A stretch of DNA of 64,000 bases from Hydrogenophaga sp. (GCF_035481345.1 NZ_DATIGV010000020.1:2727-66726); one strand, 5' to 3'; counted from the stretch's first letter, positions 41,903 to 53,824 are shown. Notes: a model not told the origin generated them from the sequence alone. Numbers and translations are program-made.

Positions 41903-43110
41903 GTCACCTCCCCGGGCGTCAGCACGATGGACAGTTCCATGTGCGTGCCGCGGCCCAGGATGCTTTCGATCCGGATCTTGCCCCCGAAGTGCCCCGCGCG
42001 TTCGCGCATGCCCATGATGCCGTAGGCGTCGGCCGCCTCGAAGGCCTGGGGGGAAGCGCCGGCGCCATCGTCCTGCACCGAGAGACGCAGCAGGCCATCG
42101 TGGTGACGGATGCGCACGGCGATCCGACGGGCCCGCGCGTGGCGACCCACGTTGGAGAGCATCTCCTGGAAGATGCGAAAGACCGCGATGGCCAGTGGCT
42201 CCGGCGGTTCGGGCGCGCCCTCCACGGCCATGTCCCAGTCGAGCGCGAGCTCGGCGCTGGCCACGAACTCCTGGGCCTGCCATTCCAGCGCGGCCCACAG
42301 GCCCTGGTGGTCGAGGATGCTGGGCCGCAGGTCGGTGATGATGCGCCCGACGTTGTCGACCGCGCTCTCGATGAGGCGGCTCATGTTCTGGCACTTGCAG
42401 CGCATGCGCTCGCGCATGCCCTCGGCCTCCTCGGGCTGGCGCCGCGCCTGTTCGGACAGGCGCTTGTCCATCCAGTTCACGTCCATCTTCAAGGCCACGA
42501 GCAGGCTGCCGAGTTCGTCGTGCACCTCGCGCGCGATGCGCGTGCGTTCTTCCTCGCGAACGGCCTCGCTGCGCGCAGCGAGTTCGCGCACCTGGCGCAG
42601 CGCGGTTTCCAGGGCATGGGTGCGTTCGCGCACACGCTGCTCCAGTTGCTCCTTGGCGCTGCGCAGCGCATCGGCGGCGCGGCGGCGGTCGGTGATGTCG
42701 ATGAAGGTGACGACGGCGCCACGCACCTGGCCGTCGTCGACGATGGGGTGGCTGCTGTACTCGACGGGAAAGGCGCTGCCGTCGCGCCGCCAGAACACCT
42801 CGGTGTCGATGCGGCAGGGCTCGGCCGCACGGAAGGCGTTGAAGATGGGGCAGTCTTCCACCGGGTAGTGCGCACCATCCGCGTGCGAGTGGTGGGTCAG
42901 CTCGTGCATGTTGCAGCCGAGCAGCTCGTCGGGCTCGTAGCCGATCATGCGCGCGCCGGCGTGGTTGATGAACACGCACAGGCCGTCCAGGTCCACGCCG
43001 AACACCCCCTCGCCGGTGCTGGCCAGCAGCAGGCCCAGCGGGTCGCGCCAGGCCGCCGTGGACGGGGCCACGGCGGCGCTGATCAGCTCGGGGAAGGGCT
43101 GGCGGTGCAT
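41899..43110 (-). CDS. PAS-domain sensor histidine kinase (HisKA_3 / NarX-LiaS type), cytoplasmic
   Basis: ORF 41899..43110 (403 aa). PAS (GVFGVDLDGLCVFINHAGARMIGYEPDELLG), H-box EEERTRIAREVHDELG, HATPase DDGAG. It overlaps the regulator start (ATGA). Confidence 0.88.
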   Translation of the reverse strand: MHRQPFPELISAAVAPSTAAWRDPLGLLLASTGEGVFGVDLDGLCVFINHAGARMIGYEPDELLGCNMHELTHHSHADGAHYPVEDCPIFNAFRAAEPCRIDTEVFWRRDGSAFPVEYSSHPIVDDGQVRGAVVTFIDITDRRRAADALRSAKEQLEQRVRERTHALETALRQVRELAARSEAVREEERTRIAREVHDELGSLLVALKMDVNWMDKRLSEQARRQPEEAEGMRERMRCKCQNMSRLIESAVDNVGRIITDLRPSILDHQGLWAALEWQAQEFVASAELALDWDMAVEGAPEPPEPLAIAVFRIFQEMLSNVGRHARARRIAVRIRHHDGLLRLSVQDDGAGASPQAFEAADAYGIMGMRERAGHFGGKIRIESILGRGTHMELSIVLTPGEVT

Positions 43111-43159
43111 GGCACAGGCGCTAGCAACGCCTGTGCCAAGTTGGTGCGTGGTGCCCGGT

Positions 43160-44110
43160 TCAGGTGTTCGGCGCGGTTTTCGCGCTCCAGACCATGGTGA
43201 TCGCCAGGATGCCCACCACCACGCCCAGCGAGACCGCCACCGGGATCTTGAAGACGTCGATCAGCATCATCTTGGTGCCGATGAAGACCAGGATGACGGC
43301 CAGCCCGTAGTTGAGCAGGTGGAACTTGCCGGCCACGGCTTGCAGCAGGAAGAACATGGCGCGCAGGCCCAGGATGGCGAACACGTTGCTGGTGAGCACG
43401 ATGAAGGGATCGCGCGTGATGGCGAAGATGGCCGGGATGGAGTCGACGGCGAAGATCACGTCGGTGACGCCCACCAGCGCGATCACCATCAGCAGCGGGG
43501 TGGCGATGCGCTTGCCGTTTTCGACGGTGAAGAACCTCTCGCCGTCGTAGCGCTGGCTCACGGGCATGAGGCGGCGCAGCAGCTTGAGCGCGGGGTTGTC
43601 GTCCAGCGCGGGCTCCTTGCCCGCGGCCCACCACATCTTGATGCCGGTGAGCACCAGGAAGGCACCGAAGACGTAGAGGATCCAGTGGAACTGGGCGAGC
43701 AGCCAGCCACCGAGCAGGATCATCACCGTGCGCAGCACGATGGCGCCCAGGATGCCGATCATGAGCACCCGCTTCTGGTACGCGGCCGGCACCGCGAAGT
43801 AGCTGAAGATCAGCAGGAAGACGAAGATGTTGTCGACCGCCAGGCTCTTCTCGATGAGGTAGCCGGTGAGGAACTCCAGGGATTTTTCGTTCGCGAGCGC
43901 GGTGGAGCCGGTGCTGTCCTTGATGGCCCACCAGAGCAGGCCATTGAAGATGAAGCTCAAGGCGATCCAGGCGAGCGACCAGTTGAGCGCCTCCTTGACG
44001 CTCACGGCCTGGGCGCCCTGCTTCTTCAGCAGAACGAAATCGACGAACAGGGCCGCCACGACGAACGCGACGAAAACCCCCCACAGCCACAGCGGAGCAA
44101 TGCTTTCCAT
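43160..44110 (-). CDS. terC: TerC-family integral membrane protein (Alx/YkoY-like)
   Basis: ORF 43160..44140 (the track start is a GTG inside the riboswitch). The ATG at 44110 (MESIAPLWLWG) has a GAGG upstream. LIEKSLAVDNIFVF and VTDVIFAVDSIPAIFAIT motifs. Confidence 0.9.
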   Translation of the reverse strand: MESIAPLWLWGVFVAFVVAALFVDFVLLKKQGAQAVSVKEALNWSLAWIALSFIFNGLLWWAIKDSTGSTALANEKSLEFLTGYLIEKSLAVDNIFVFLLIFSYFAVPAAYQKRVLMIGILGAIVLRTVMILLGGWLLAQFHWILYVFGAFLVLTGIKMWWAAGKEPALDDNPALKLLRRLMPVSQRYDGERFFTVENGKRIATPLLMVIALVGVTDVIFAVDSIPAIFAITRDPFIVLTSNVFAILGLRAMFFLLQAVAGKFHLLNYGLAVILVFIGTKMMLIDVFKIPVAVSLGVVVGILAITMVWSAKTAPNT

Positions 44111-44139
44111 GAAAGACCTCGGTTTGGTGTTGACGAACA

Positions 44140-44275
44140 CCCCAAGGTCTGGTCGCCGCCATCCGCTGGATGGCTGGGCGTTCCCGGCGGCCTTATCAGC
44201 CGCGAATTGACGAGAACGCCGCGCTGCCGAGGCCTCGCTGTGCGCGGGGTGGCAGGCCGATTACTCCCCTTGAAG
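44140..44275 (-). promoter_or_regulatory. yybP-ykoY (Mn2+) riboswitch
   Basis: The minus-strand RNA reads CUUCAAGGGGAGUAAUCGGCC...CUCGUCAAUUCGCGGCUGAUAAGGCCGCC...GGCGACCAGACCUUGGGG. This reproduces the conserved GGGGAGUA, GUCAAUUCG and AGACCUU blocks of the family as I recall them from the L. lactis element, with CAAGG/CCUUG closing P1. It lies directly upstream of a TerC gene, the classical context. Confidence 0.8.
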
Positions 44276-44326
44276 GGAAGCGCGATTGTCGGCGGGCCGG
44301 GTATTTCCCGGCGCGGCGTCGGGTAT

Positions 44327-45370
<1,044 letters not shown>

Positions 45371-45441
45371 CGTGTGGATTGTATGAAGCGGCCCCGCCCC
45401 CACGCGGGGCAAGGCCACGGCATGGCCGACAATACGCGCCC

Positions 45442-45845
45442 ATGAAGCACCTGTCCCCCAAGGAAGCCTGGACCTGGCTTCAGGCCGAAACCGCGCGCCG
45501 CGCCGCGCTGGGCCAGGACCCTCCGCTGTTCGTGGACGTGCGCATGGAGATCGAATCGCTCTACGTGGGCCGCCCGCCCGGCGTGGAGAACATCCCCTGG
45601 TACGAATACCCCGACCTCACGCCCGACCCGGCGCGTTTCGCGCAGGCCGTGGCCAACGAGGCGGGTGACAAGGGCCGCCCCATCCTGCTGATCTGCCGCA
45701 GCGGCAAGCGCACCCTTGACGCCGGCAAGGCACTGGAGGCGGCGGGCTTCAGCGACATCGCCCACGTGCTGCACGGCTTCGAAGGCGAACTCAACGACCA
45801 CTTCAAGCGCTCCACCGTGAACGGCTGGCGCCACGACGGACTGCC

Positions 45846-45861
<16 letters not shown>
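45442..45861 (+). CDS. Single-domain rhodanese-like protein
   Basis: Inner ATG of ORF 45379..45861 (139 aa). Active-site loop [11 protein letters not shown]. Confidence 0.8.
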
Positions 45862-47750
<1,889 letters not shown>

Positions 47751-47929
47751 ACCCTCAAGTCGCGAACAAGCGGGCCGATAAACCATCGGGTGACACCGCC
47801 GACCGCCCGTCGGCCAGCCGCCTGTCGCGCAGGGGCAGCCGCTCAAGCCGGAGGCCCTCGTGCCGATGTTCCATGCAAGGGGCGGGATCCGCTCCACGGT
47901 CTCAACGAATCGATTGCACGGAGCGCGTC

Positions 47930-48274
47930 ATGTTTTTCCGCCTGCCCTGGCTGTCCAAGCGAAGGGGCCCCAGCTACCAGCACACCCAGGCCCTCGACCT
48001 GGACTACGTGGTCAATGAGTTCCATTCGGCCATGGCCGACATCCAGGATCCCCTGCGCGTGCGCCTGCACGCCGCCCTGATGAACTGCCGCACGCCCCGC
48101 GAACTGTGGTTCCTGCGCGGCAAGCTGTTCAACCTGATCTGCAAGCACCACCACGAGGGTGAAGCCAACAAGCGCGTGGGCCGCCTGGACGCCAAGCTGC
48201 GCTACTTCGTGGACAACCACCCCGACTACTCGGCGGACGAGGTGCCGAGCCGGCCGATGGCGCTGCTGCACTGA
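47930..48274 (+). CDS. Hypothetical protein (114 aa)
   Basis: Tail of ORF 45971..48274 from the ATG at 47930 (MFFRLPWLSKRRG...). A strong terminator follows. No family recognised. Confidence 0.5.
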   Translation: MFFRLPWLSKRRGPSYQHTQALDLDYVVNEFHSAMADIQDPLRVRLHAALMNCRTPRELWFLRGKLFNLICKHHHEGEANKRVGRLDAKLRYFVDNHPDYSADEVPSRPMALLH

Positions 48275-48296
48275 ACGCAGCGCAGCGCCACAGGAG

Positions 48297-48321
48297 AGGC
48301 CACCTTCGGGTGGCCTTTTTG
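48297..48321 (+). terminator. Rho-independent terminator
   Basis: AGGCCACC-ttcg-GGTGGCCT followed by TTTTT, 23 nt after the stop at 48274. Confidence 0.75.
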
Positions 48322-48342
48322 CTGGCCTCGGCAGAAACCGCC

Positions 48343-48909
48343 TCAGGCGATGCCGCCGCCATGCGGACGTCGGACGGATTCGAACCAGGCGCTGTCGCGC
48401 TCGATCTGCTCCCTTACTCGCGCCGCTTCCTCGTCGTCCAGGAACAGGGTGGATCCCAGGCGAGACCGCACCCGAGGCAAGGAAACGTGCCCGGACAGCA
48501 GCCCCGCGCGAATCCAGCGCAGGTCATTGGCCTGGCTTCGGGCGTACTTCGAGATGGCGGCATCGTCCGGATCGAGGAACCACACGCGCAGACCATCGCG
48601 TTCGATGACCGTCATGCGGACTTCCCAACCGTCCGGCAAGCTCGGCAGGCTGGGCGACACGGGGTCCAGGTAGTAGCCGTGCGCGCGGTGGAAGTCCGAG
48701 CCCTCGCCCAGCGTCGCCCGCACATCGTTGATGCGTCCCGGGTCGGCCTTGGTGTAGCAGTCGATGTCGATGGACATGGACATCTCCGCCGGCACGCCGC
48801 CCTCGTCATCGGAGCCGAGGATGGACAGGCTGCCGATCACCACGAAGTCGCGGTGCCCGGTCAGCGTGTGGGCTTGCTCGAACAGAGTGAACAGGTGCGC
48901 CCGGTTCAC
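48343..48909 (-). CDS. Minimal nucleotidyltransferase-fold protein in the toxin position of a TA-like pair
   Basis: Tail of ORF 48343..49047. The GTG at 48909 overlaps the upstream stop (GTGA). VVIGSLSILGS...MSIDIDCY fits the G-S...D-x-D minimal NTase motif. Confidence 0.65.
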   Translation of the reverse strand: MNRAHLFTLFEQAHTLTGHRDFVVIGSLSILGSDDEGGVPAEMSMSIDIDCYTKADPGRINDVRATLGEGSDFHRAHGYYLDPVSPSLPSLPDGWEVRMTVIERDGLRVWFLDPDDAAISKYARSQANDLRWIRAGLLSGHVSLPRVRSRLGSTLFLDDEEAARVREQIERDSAWFESVRRPHGGGIA

Positions 48910-49370
48910 GGAGTCACCAGCAGCCAGGGGGAGTTCTGCCGCAAGGCCACGCCCCACTCCGGCGATTCGGACGCCATGGCGCGCGCCAGCTCTTCCACGG
49001 GCAGGCCGAGCAAAGCGTCCCACCGCGCGATGTAGTCCTCGCTGCAAAGGCGTTCGCGCCGCCAGCGCTCCACTTCCATGCGGGCCCGGGCGATCAATGC
49101 CTCTCGCTGCGACTGGGACATCAGGACCAGGTCGATCGCCAGGCGCTGGTGTTTGATCAGGCGGTCCTTGTCAACAAGCGCCTGCGCGGCGCGCGCCGCA
49201 CGCCGCTCCGCCAGTTGTCCGTCGCGGTCGGATCGCCCCTGGAACACTTCCGGCGAACAGACGATGGCCTTGACCTTCTTGTGCCGTTCGATGGCCACAG
49301 GCTCGCGCGCCGCGACCTCCAGCAACTCCCCGAAGTTCTGCTTGGCGTGGCTTGAACTTATCTGGCGCAT
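48906..49370 (-). CDS. Phd/YefM-like antitoxin with an extended C-terminal domain (154 aa)
   Basis: Inner ATG of ORF 48906..49637. MRQISSSHAKQNFGELLEVAAREPVAIERHKKVKAIVCSPEVF is a typical Phd/YefM N-domain. About 100 further residues are unassigned. Confidence 0.75.
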   Translation of the reverse strand: MRQISSSHAKQNFGELLEVAAREPVAIERHKKVKAIVCSPEVFQGRSDRDGQLAERRAARAAQALVDKDRLIKHQRLAIDLVLMSQSQREALIARARMEVERWRRERLCSEDYIARWDALLGLPVEELARAMASESPEWGVALRQNSPWLLVTP

Positions 49371-49386
49371 GAGCGAAGCGTACCTG

Positions 49387-49407
49387 TTTTGTCCATTTTG
49401 GACAAAA
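49387..49407 (-). promoter_or_regulatory. Perfect 9-bp inverted repeat upstream of the antitoxin gene (candidate operator)
   Basis: TTTTGTCCA-ttt-TGGACAAAA, 17 nt upstream of the antitoxin ATG and 22 nt after the AAA+ gene stop. It is AT-rich in a GC-rich genome. Confidence 0.5.
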
Positions 49408-49428
49408 CTCCAGATGGCGCAGAGGGGA

Positions 49429-51810
49429 TCAGTGCACGAAGCCCATGCCGCGCGCCTCGCGCACCTCGGGCTTGATGCGGTGCTCGGCCTCGAGTTGGTC
49501 GAGGAATTCGGCCGGCGCCATGGCTTCGCCGAGGATCTCGGACTGGCGCTTGACGGCGGCGAAGTCGCCGGGGCACAGCTGCTCCAGGCGCGCCAGGCGC
49601 TGGCGCAGGGCATCGTCCAGGCGCTCGGCCTTGCCATCGAGGGCCTCGACCACGAACATGGTCTCGCGCTGCTCGCGCGTGAGCGGCTTGAACCGGATCT
49701 TGAAGGTGAAGCGGCGCAGCGCGGCCTGGTCGATGCTGTCCATCAGGTTGGTGGTGCAGACGAAGATGCCCGCGAAGCGCTCCATGCCCTGCAGCATCTC
49801 GTTGACCTCGGTCACTTCGTAGGTGCGCTGGGCGCCGCGGCGGTCTTGCAGGAAGCTGTCCGCCTCGTCGAGCAGCAGCACGGCGCGCTCGGCCTCGGCC
49901 TCGCGGAACATGGCGGCCATGTGCTGCTCGGTCTCGCCCACGAACTTGCTCACCAGGTCGCTGGCGCGGCGAATCATGAGCGGGCGGCCGAGCTGCTGGG
50001 CGATGTGCTCGGCCAGCGCCGTCTTGCCGGTGCCGGGCGCGCCGTGGAAGCACAGGCAGCCGTGGCCACGCGCCTTGAGCGCCTCGATGATGCGCGGGAC
50101 GGGGTGGCGAGACTCCACGTGGAGCATGTCCAGGCTGTACTGCGTGACGCTGGGGCGCTGCAGCACGTCGGGCGCGCGGCCCAGGGCCTGGTCGGCGTGG
50201 CGCAACTGGCGTTCGATGAGTTCGTCCAGCAGGGGCGGCGGCCCCACGCGCGCGGCTTTGCGGCCCGTGGCGCGCGCTGGTGCCGCGGCCAGTTCGGCAA
50301 AGCGCACCGCCGTGCGGATCTGCGCCGGCGTGAGGCCCTTGCGTTCGGTCAGGCGGCCCACCAGGGCCTCGCTCACCGCCGCGCCTTCCAGCGTCTTGCG
50401 CACGAGCTGCTCGCGCGCGCCGGGCGGCGGGCTCTTGAGTTCCAGGTGGTACGCGAAGCGGCGGCGGAAGGCCGGGTCGATCTGCTCGATGCGGTTCGTG
50501 ATCCAGACCGTGGGCACGGCGTTCGATTCGAGCACCTGATTGACCCAGGCCTTGCCGCTGACCGAGTGGCTGTGCGGCGCGGCCACGTGCTCGGCGCGCG
50601 CCATGAACTGCGCGGCTTCGCTGGAGATGGGCGGGAAGACGTCTTCCACCTCGTCGAACAGCAGCGCCGACTGGGCCGTGCCCTTGAGGAACACCTGCGC
50701 GATCTGCAACGAGCGGTAGCGGTCTCGGCCGGAGAGCGCGTTGCCGTCGCGGTCGGCGTATTCCACCTCGAACAACTCGAGGCCGGCGGCCTTGGCCGCC
50801 ACGCGCGCGAGTTCGGTCTTGCCGGTGCCGGGCGGGCCGTAGAGCAGCACGTTGACACCGGCCTCCTTGCGCGCGACGGCCTCGCGCAGCAAGCCGCTGA
50901 GCAGGCGCACGTCCTCGGCCACGTAATCGAAATCATCGGGCACGAGGGTGGAGCGCGCCGCCGGGCGCGTGAACACCGCCATGAGCTCGCTCTGCGAGCG
51001 GTACTCGCGCATCAGCACGGGCGGCAGTTTTTCGCTGACCTTCATCAGATCGGCGAGGTCGGTGATGTTGTGTTCGGAGATGAGGTTCTCGACCATGCCG
51101 ATGCGCTCGAGCCGCGAGCCCGCACGCAGGGCCTCGCCCACCTCGCTGGCCTTGACGCCGGCCACGTCGGCGATGGCCGCGTAGGCCTCGGGCGCGTTAT
51201 TCACCTTGAACTCGACCAGGATGGAGCGCAGGTCGCGCTGGTAGCGCGCCAGCGTGCCGTACAGCAGCAGCGCGCGCTCGGCGCGGTTGAGCTGCAACAG
51301 GCTGGCCAGGGCGTCGATGTTCTTTTCCACCAGGGTGCTCTGCTTCTTGAGCGCCTGGCTCAGCCAGTCGCCGGTGACGGCCAGTACCGAGAGCAGGTCC
51401 TTGGGCGCTTCCTTGGCGTACTCGTCCAGGTAGAAGAAGAGCGTGCCTTCCTCGTAGGGGCCGCGCCAGACGCCGTAGCGGTCCATGAAGGCCGCGGTGG
51501 AGAGCTTGTCGTGGCCGGCCCAGAGGTCGTTGTCGCGGCAGCGGCGCTGCAGGAACTCGCGCAGGCGCTGCAGCACGGTGTGCGGCCACACCAGATGGCG
51601 CCCGGCCAGCGACAGGAGGGTGTTCAGGTCTCGGCGCACGTTGAAGCGCGGGCCCTGGCGCGCCGCGAGCGTGAGCACGAAGTGCGAGCACATGAGGTCG
51701 AGCACGGGGGCCTGCTTGAGGCCGTGCGGCACGTGCAGGCGCCCTTCGCCCAAGGCGCGCGCCTCGGGCGAGCGGATCGCGGGACCGGGGGACAAGGGCC
51801 GTTTGCTCAT
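49429..51810 (-). CDS. Tandem AAA+ ATPase (two classical AAA modules) with an unassigned N-terminal region of about 340 aa
   Basis: Inner ATG of ORF 49429..51948 (793 aa). Module 1: LLYGPPGTGKTELAR / LLFDEVED. Module 2: CFHGAPGTGKTALAE / VGETEQHMAAMFREAE / LLLDEADSF / ALRRF. Confidence 0.85.
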   Translation of the reverse strand: MSKRPLSPGPAIRSPEARALGEGRLHVPHGLKQAPVLDLMCSHFVLTLAARQGPRFNVRRDLNTLLSLAGRHLVWPHTVLQRLREFLQRRCRDNDLWAGHDKLSTAAFMDRYGVWRGPYEEGTLFFYLDEYAKEAPKDLLSVLAVTGDWLSQALKKQSTLVEKNIDALASLLQLNRAERALLLYGTLARYQRDLRSILVEFKVNNAPEAYAAIADVAGVKASEVGEALRAGSRLERIGMVENLISEHNITDLADLMKVSEKLPPVLMREYRSQSELMAVFTRPAARSTLVPDDFDYVAEDVRLLSGLLREAVARKEAGVNVLLYGPPGTGKTELARVAAKAAGLELFEVEYADRDGNALSGRDRYRSLQIAQVFLKGTAQSALLFDEVEDVFPPISSEAAQFMARAEHVAAPHSHSVSGKAWVNQVLESNAVPTVWITNRIEQIDPAFRRRFAYHLELKSPPPGAREQLVRKTLEGAAVSEALVGRLTERKGLTPAQIRTAVRFAELAAAPARATGRKAARVGPPPLLDELIERQLRHADQALGRAPDVLQRPSVTQYSLDMLHVESRHPVPRIIEALKARGHGCLCFHGAPGTGKTALAEHIAQQLGRPLMIRRASDLVSKFVGETEQHMAAMFREAEAERAVLLLDEADSFLQDRRGAQRTYEVTEVNEMLQGMERFAGIFVCTTNLMDSIDQAALRRFTFKIRFKPLTREQRETMFVVEALDGKAERLDDALRQRLARLEQLCPGDFAAVKRQSEILGEAMAPAEFLDQLEAEHRIKPEVREARGMGFVH

Positions 51811-51962
51811 GCGCAGACTCCTGCGACAACCTCCTGAGTGGCGGGGCGCCGCAGACCAGGGCCCCTGTGCGGCGGACCATAACGCAGCTTGATGCGCAGT
51901 GGAAGGGCGTGATGACGGGCGCGCGCGGGCTTTTTCCACGGCGGTCACGCCACAATCGCCGG

Positions 51963-53162
51963 ATGCTTCAAATCGACGACATCCGCGCCGCGGCGGCCCG
52001 CCTCGACGGTCAGGTCCTTCGCACGCCCTGCGTGGAATCCCGCACGCTGTCCCAGCTCACCGGCTGCCAGGTGTTCCTGAAGTTCGAGAACCTGCAATAC
52101 ACGGCGTCCTTCAAGGAGCGCGGCGCCTGCAACAAGCTCGCGCAGCTCACGCCCGAAGAGGGCGCACGCGGCGTGATCGCCATGAGCGCGGGCAACCACG
52201 CCCAGGGCGTGGCGTACCACGCGCAACGCCTGGGGCTGCGCGCCGTCATCGTGATGCCGCGCTTCACGCCCGGCGTGAAGATCGAGCGCACGCGTGGCTT
52301 CGGCGCCGAGGTGGTGCTGCACGGCGACACGCTGGACGAAGCGCGCGCCCACGCGCGCCGCCTGGCCGAGCAGCAGGGGCTGGTGTTCGTGCACCCCTAC
52401 GACGACGAGGCCATCGCGGCCGGCCAGGGCACGGTGGGGCTGGAAATGCTGGCCGACGTGCCCGAGCTGGACACCCTGGTGGTGGCGATCGGCGGCGGCG
52501 GACTCATCGGCGGCGTCGCCACCGCGGCCAAGGCGCTCAAGCCGGGCATCGAGGTGATCGGCGTGCAGACCGAGCGGTTTCCGGCCATGGTCAACGCCAT
52601 CAAGGGCACGCGGCACCCGCAGGGCAGCAGCACCATCGCCGAAGGCATCGCCGTGGGCACGCCGGGCGAGATCAACCTGCCCCTGGTGCGCGAGCGCGTG
52701 GACGACCTGCTGCTGGTGGACGAGGGCGACATCGAGCAGGCCATCGTGATGCTGCTGGAGATCGAGAAGACCCTGGTGGAAGGCGCGGGCGCCGCCGGCC
52801 TGGCGGCCCTGCTCAAGCACCCCGGCCGCTTCGCGGGCCGGCGCGTGGGCCTGGTGCTCAGCGGCGGCAACATCGACCCCCTGCTGCTGGCCTCCATCAT
52901 CGAGCGCGGCATGGTGCGCGCCGGGCGGCTGGCCCGCATCGCCGTGAACGCGCGCGACGTGCCGGGCAACCTGGCGCGCATCACGGCCCTGGTGGCCGAA
53001 GCGGGCGCCAACATCGGCGAAGTGCACCACCAGCGCGCCTTCACCCTGCTGGCGGCGCAGAACGTGGAGATCGAGCTGGTGCTGCAGACGCGCGGGCGCG
53101 AGCACGTGAAGCAGGTGATCGACGCGCTCAACGCCGCCGGCTTCGGCGCCCACGAGCAGTAA
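51963..53162 (+). CDS. ilvA: Threonine ammonia-lyase (short form with one C-terminal ACT-like domain)
   Basis: Inner ATG of ORF 51867..53162 (399 aa). PLP lysine motif YTASFKERGA, SAGNHAQGVA, GGGGLIGG. Confidence 0.88.
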   Translation: MLQIDDIRAAAARLDGQVLRTPCVESRTLSQLTGCQVFLKFENLQYTASFKERGACNKLAQLTPEEGARGVIAMSAGNHAQGVAYHAQRLGLRAVIVMPRFTPGVKIERTRGFGAEVVLHGDTLDEARAHARRLAEQQGLVFVHPYDDEAIAAGQGTVGLEMLADVPELDTLVVAIGGGGLIGGVATAAKALKPGIEVIGVQTERFPAMVNAIKGTRHPQGSSTIAEGIAVGTPGEINLPLVRERVDDLLLVDEGDIEQAIVMLLEIEKTLVEGAGAAGLAALLKHPGRFAGRRVGLVLSGGNIDPLLLASIIERGMVRAGRLARIAVNARDVPGNLARITALVAEAGANIGEVHHQRAFTLLAAQNVEIELVLQTRGREHVKQVIDALNAAGFGAHEQ

Positions 53163-53209
53163 AGCGCGGGACGCCCGCCCGCGCGGGCGCCTCCGCATAA
53201 TCGCGCGCC

Positions 53210-53614
53210 ATGGACAACAGCACCCTGCAGGCCGCCCTGGCCGAGTACTTCGCCCCCTGGGTCCAGGCCCTGGGGCTCGTGGTCGACGGCAGCGCCGAGG
53301 GCGCCGTCACCCTGCGCCTGCCGCAGAACGACCAGCTCAGCCGCGTGGGCGGCATGCTCTGCGGCCAGGCCATGATGGCCGCCGCCGACACCGCCATGGT
53401 GCTGGCGCTGATCCGCCAGTTCGGCGAGTTCCGCCCCTGCACCACGGTGCAGATGAACACCAGTTTCCTCAAGCCGCTGTCGGGCCAGGACGCCCTGGTC
53501 GAGGCGCGCGTGATCCGCGCCGGCAAGAGCCTGGCCTTCGGCGAGATCGACATCCGCGGCGCCAGCGACGGCAAAAGCGTGTGCCGCGCCACGACGACCT
53601 ACGCGCTGTTGTAG
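53210..53614 (+). CDS. PaaI-type hotdog-fold thioesterase
   Basis: ORF 53210..53614 (134 aa). GGMLCGQAMMAAADTAM...VQMNTSFLKP...GKSLAFGEIDI pattern. Confidence 0.8.
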   Translation: MDNSTLQAALAEYFAPWVQALGLVVDGSAEGAVTLRLPQNDQLSRVGGMLCGQAMMAAADTAMVLALIRQFGEFRPCTTVQMNTSFLKPLSGQDALVEARVIRAGKSLAFGEIDIRGASDGKSVCRATTTYALL

Positions 53615-53683
53615 GGCCTGCGGGCCCTGAACGGACTGTTTCACCTAAAATCGCCGCTTTTCGAGACCTGACCGGAGCATTTC

Positions 53684-53824
53684 ATGGCCCACGACGAGCA
53701 CCACACCCCCGAACACACCGAAGACGTGGTCGAGGCCATCACCCCCCTGATGCCCGTCGTGCTGCCCATCGCCGGCGGCGTGCTCATGTTCCTGCTGGCT
53801 TTCATCGCCGTGTTCATGGCCTGA
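53684..53824 (+). CDS. Candidate small membrane protein (46 aa), not in the ORF track
   Basis: My translation: MAHDEHHTPEHTEDVVEAITPLMPVVLPIAGGVLMFLLAFIAVFMA. A His/acidic head is followed by one hydrophobic helix. GGAG lies 7 nt upstream and its own terminator follows. Confidence 0.4.
   Translation: MAHDEHHTPEHTEDVVEAITPLMPVVLPIAGGVLMFLLAFIAVFMA

Noticed and set aside
43160-44140. Track start of terC at 44140 (GTG), and similar maximal starts at 4212, 29321, 35438, 49429..51948 and 54022.
   Set aside because: The extended N-termini lack family similarity, overlap regulatory RNA or promoter elements, or have a better internal ATG with a Shine-Dalgarno. Inner starts are used in the feature table.
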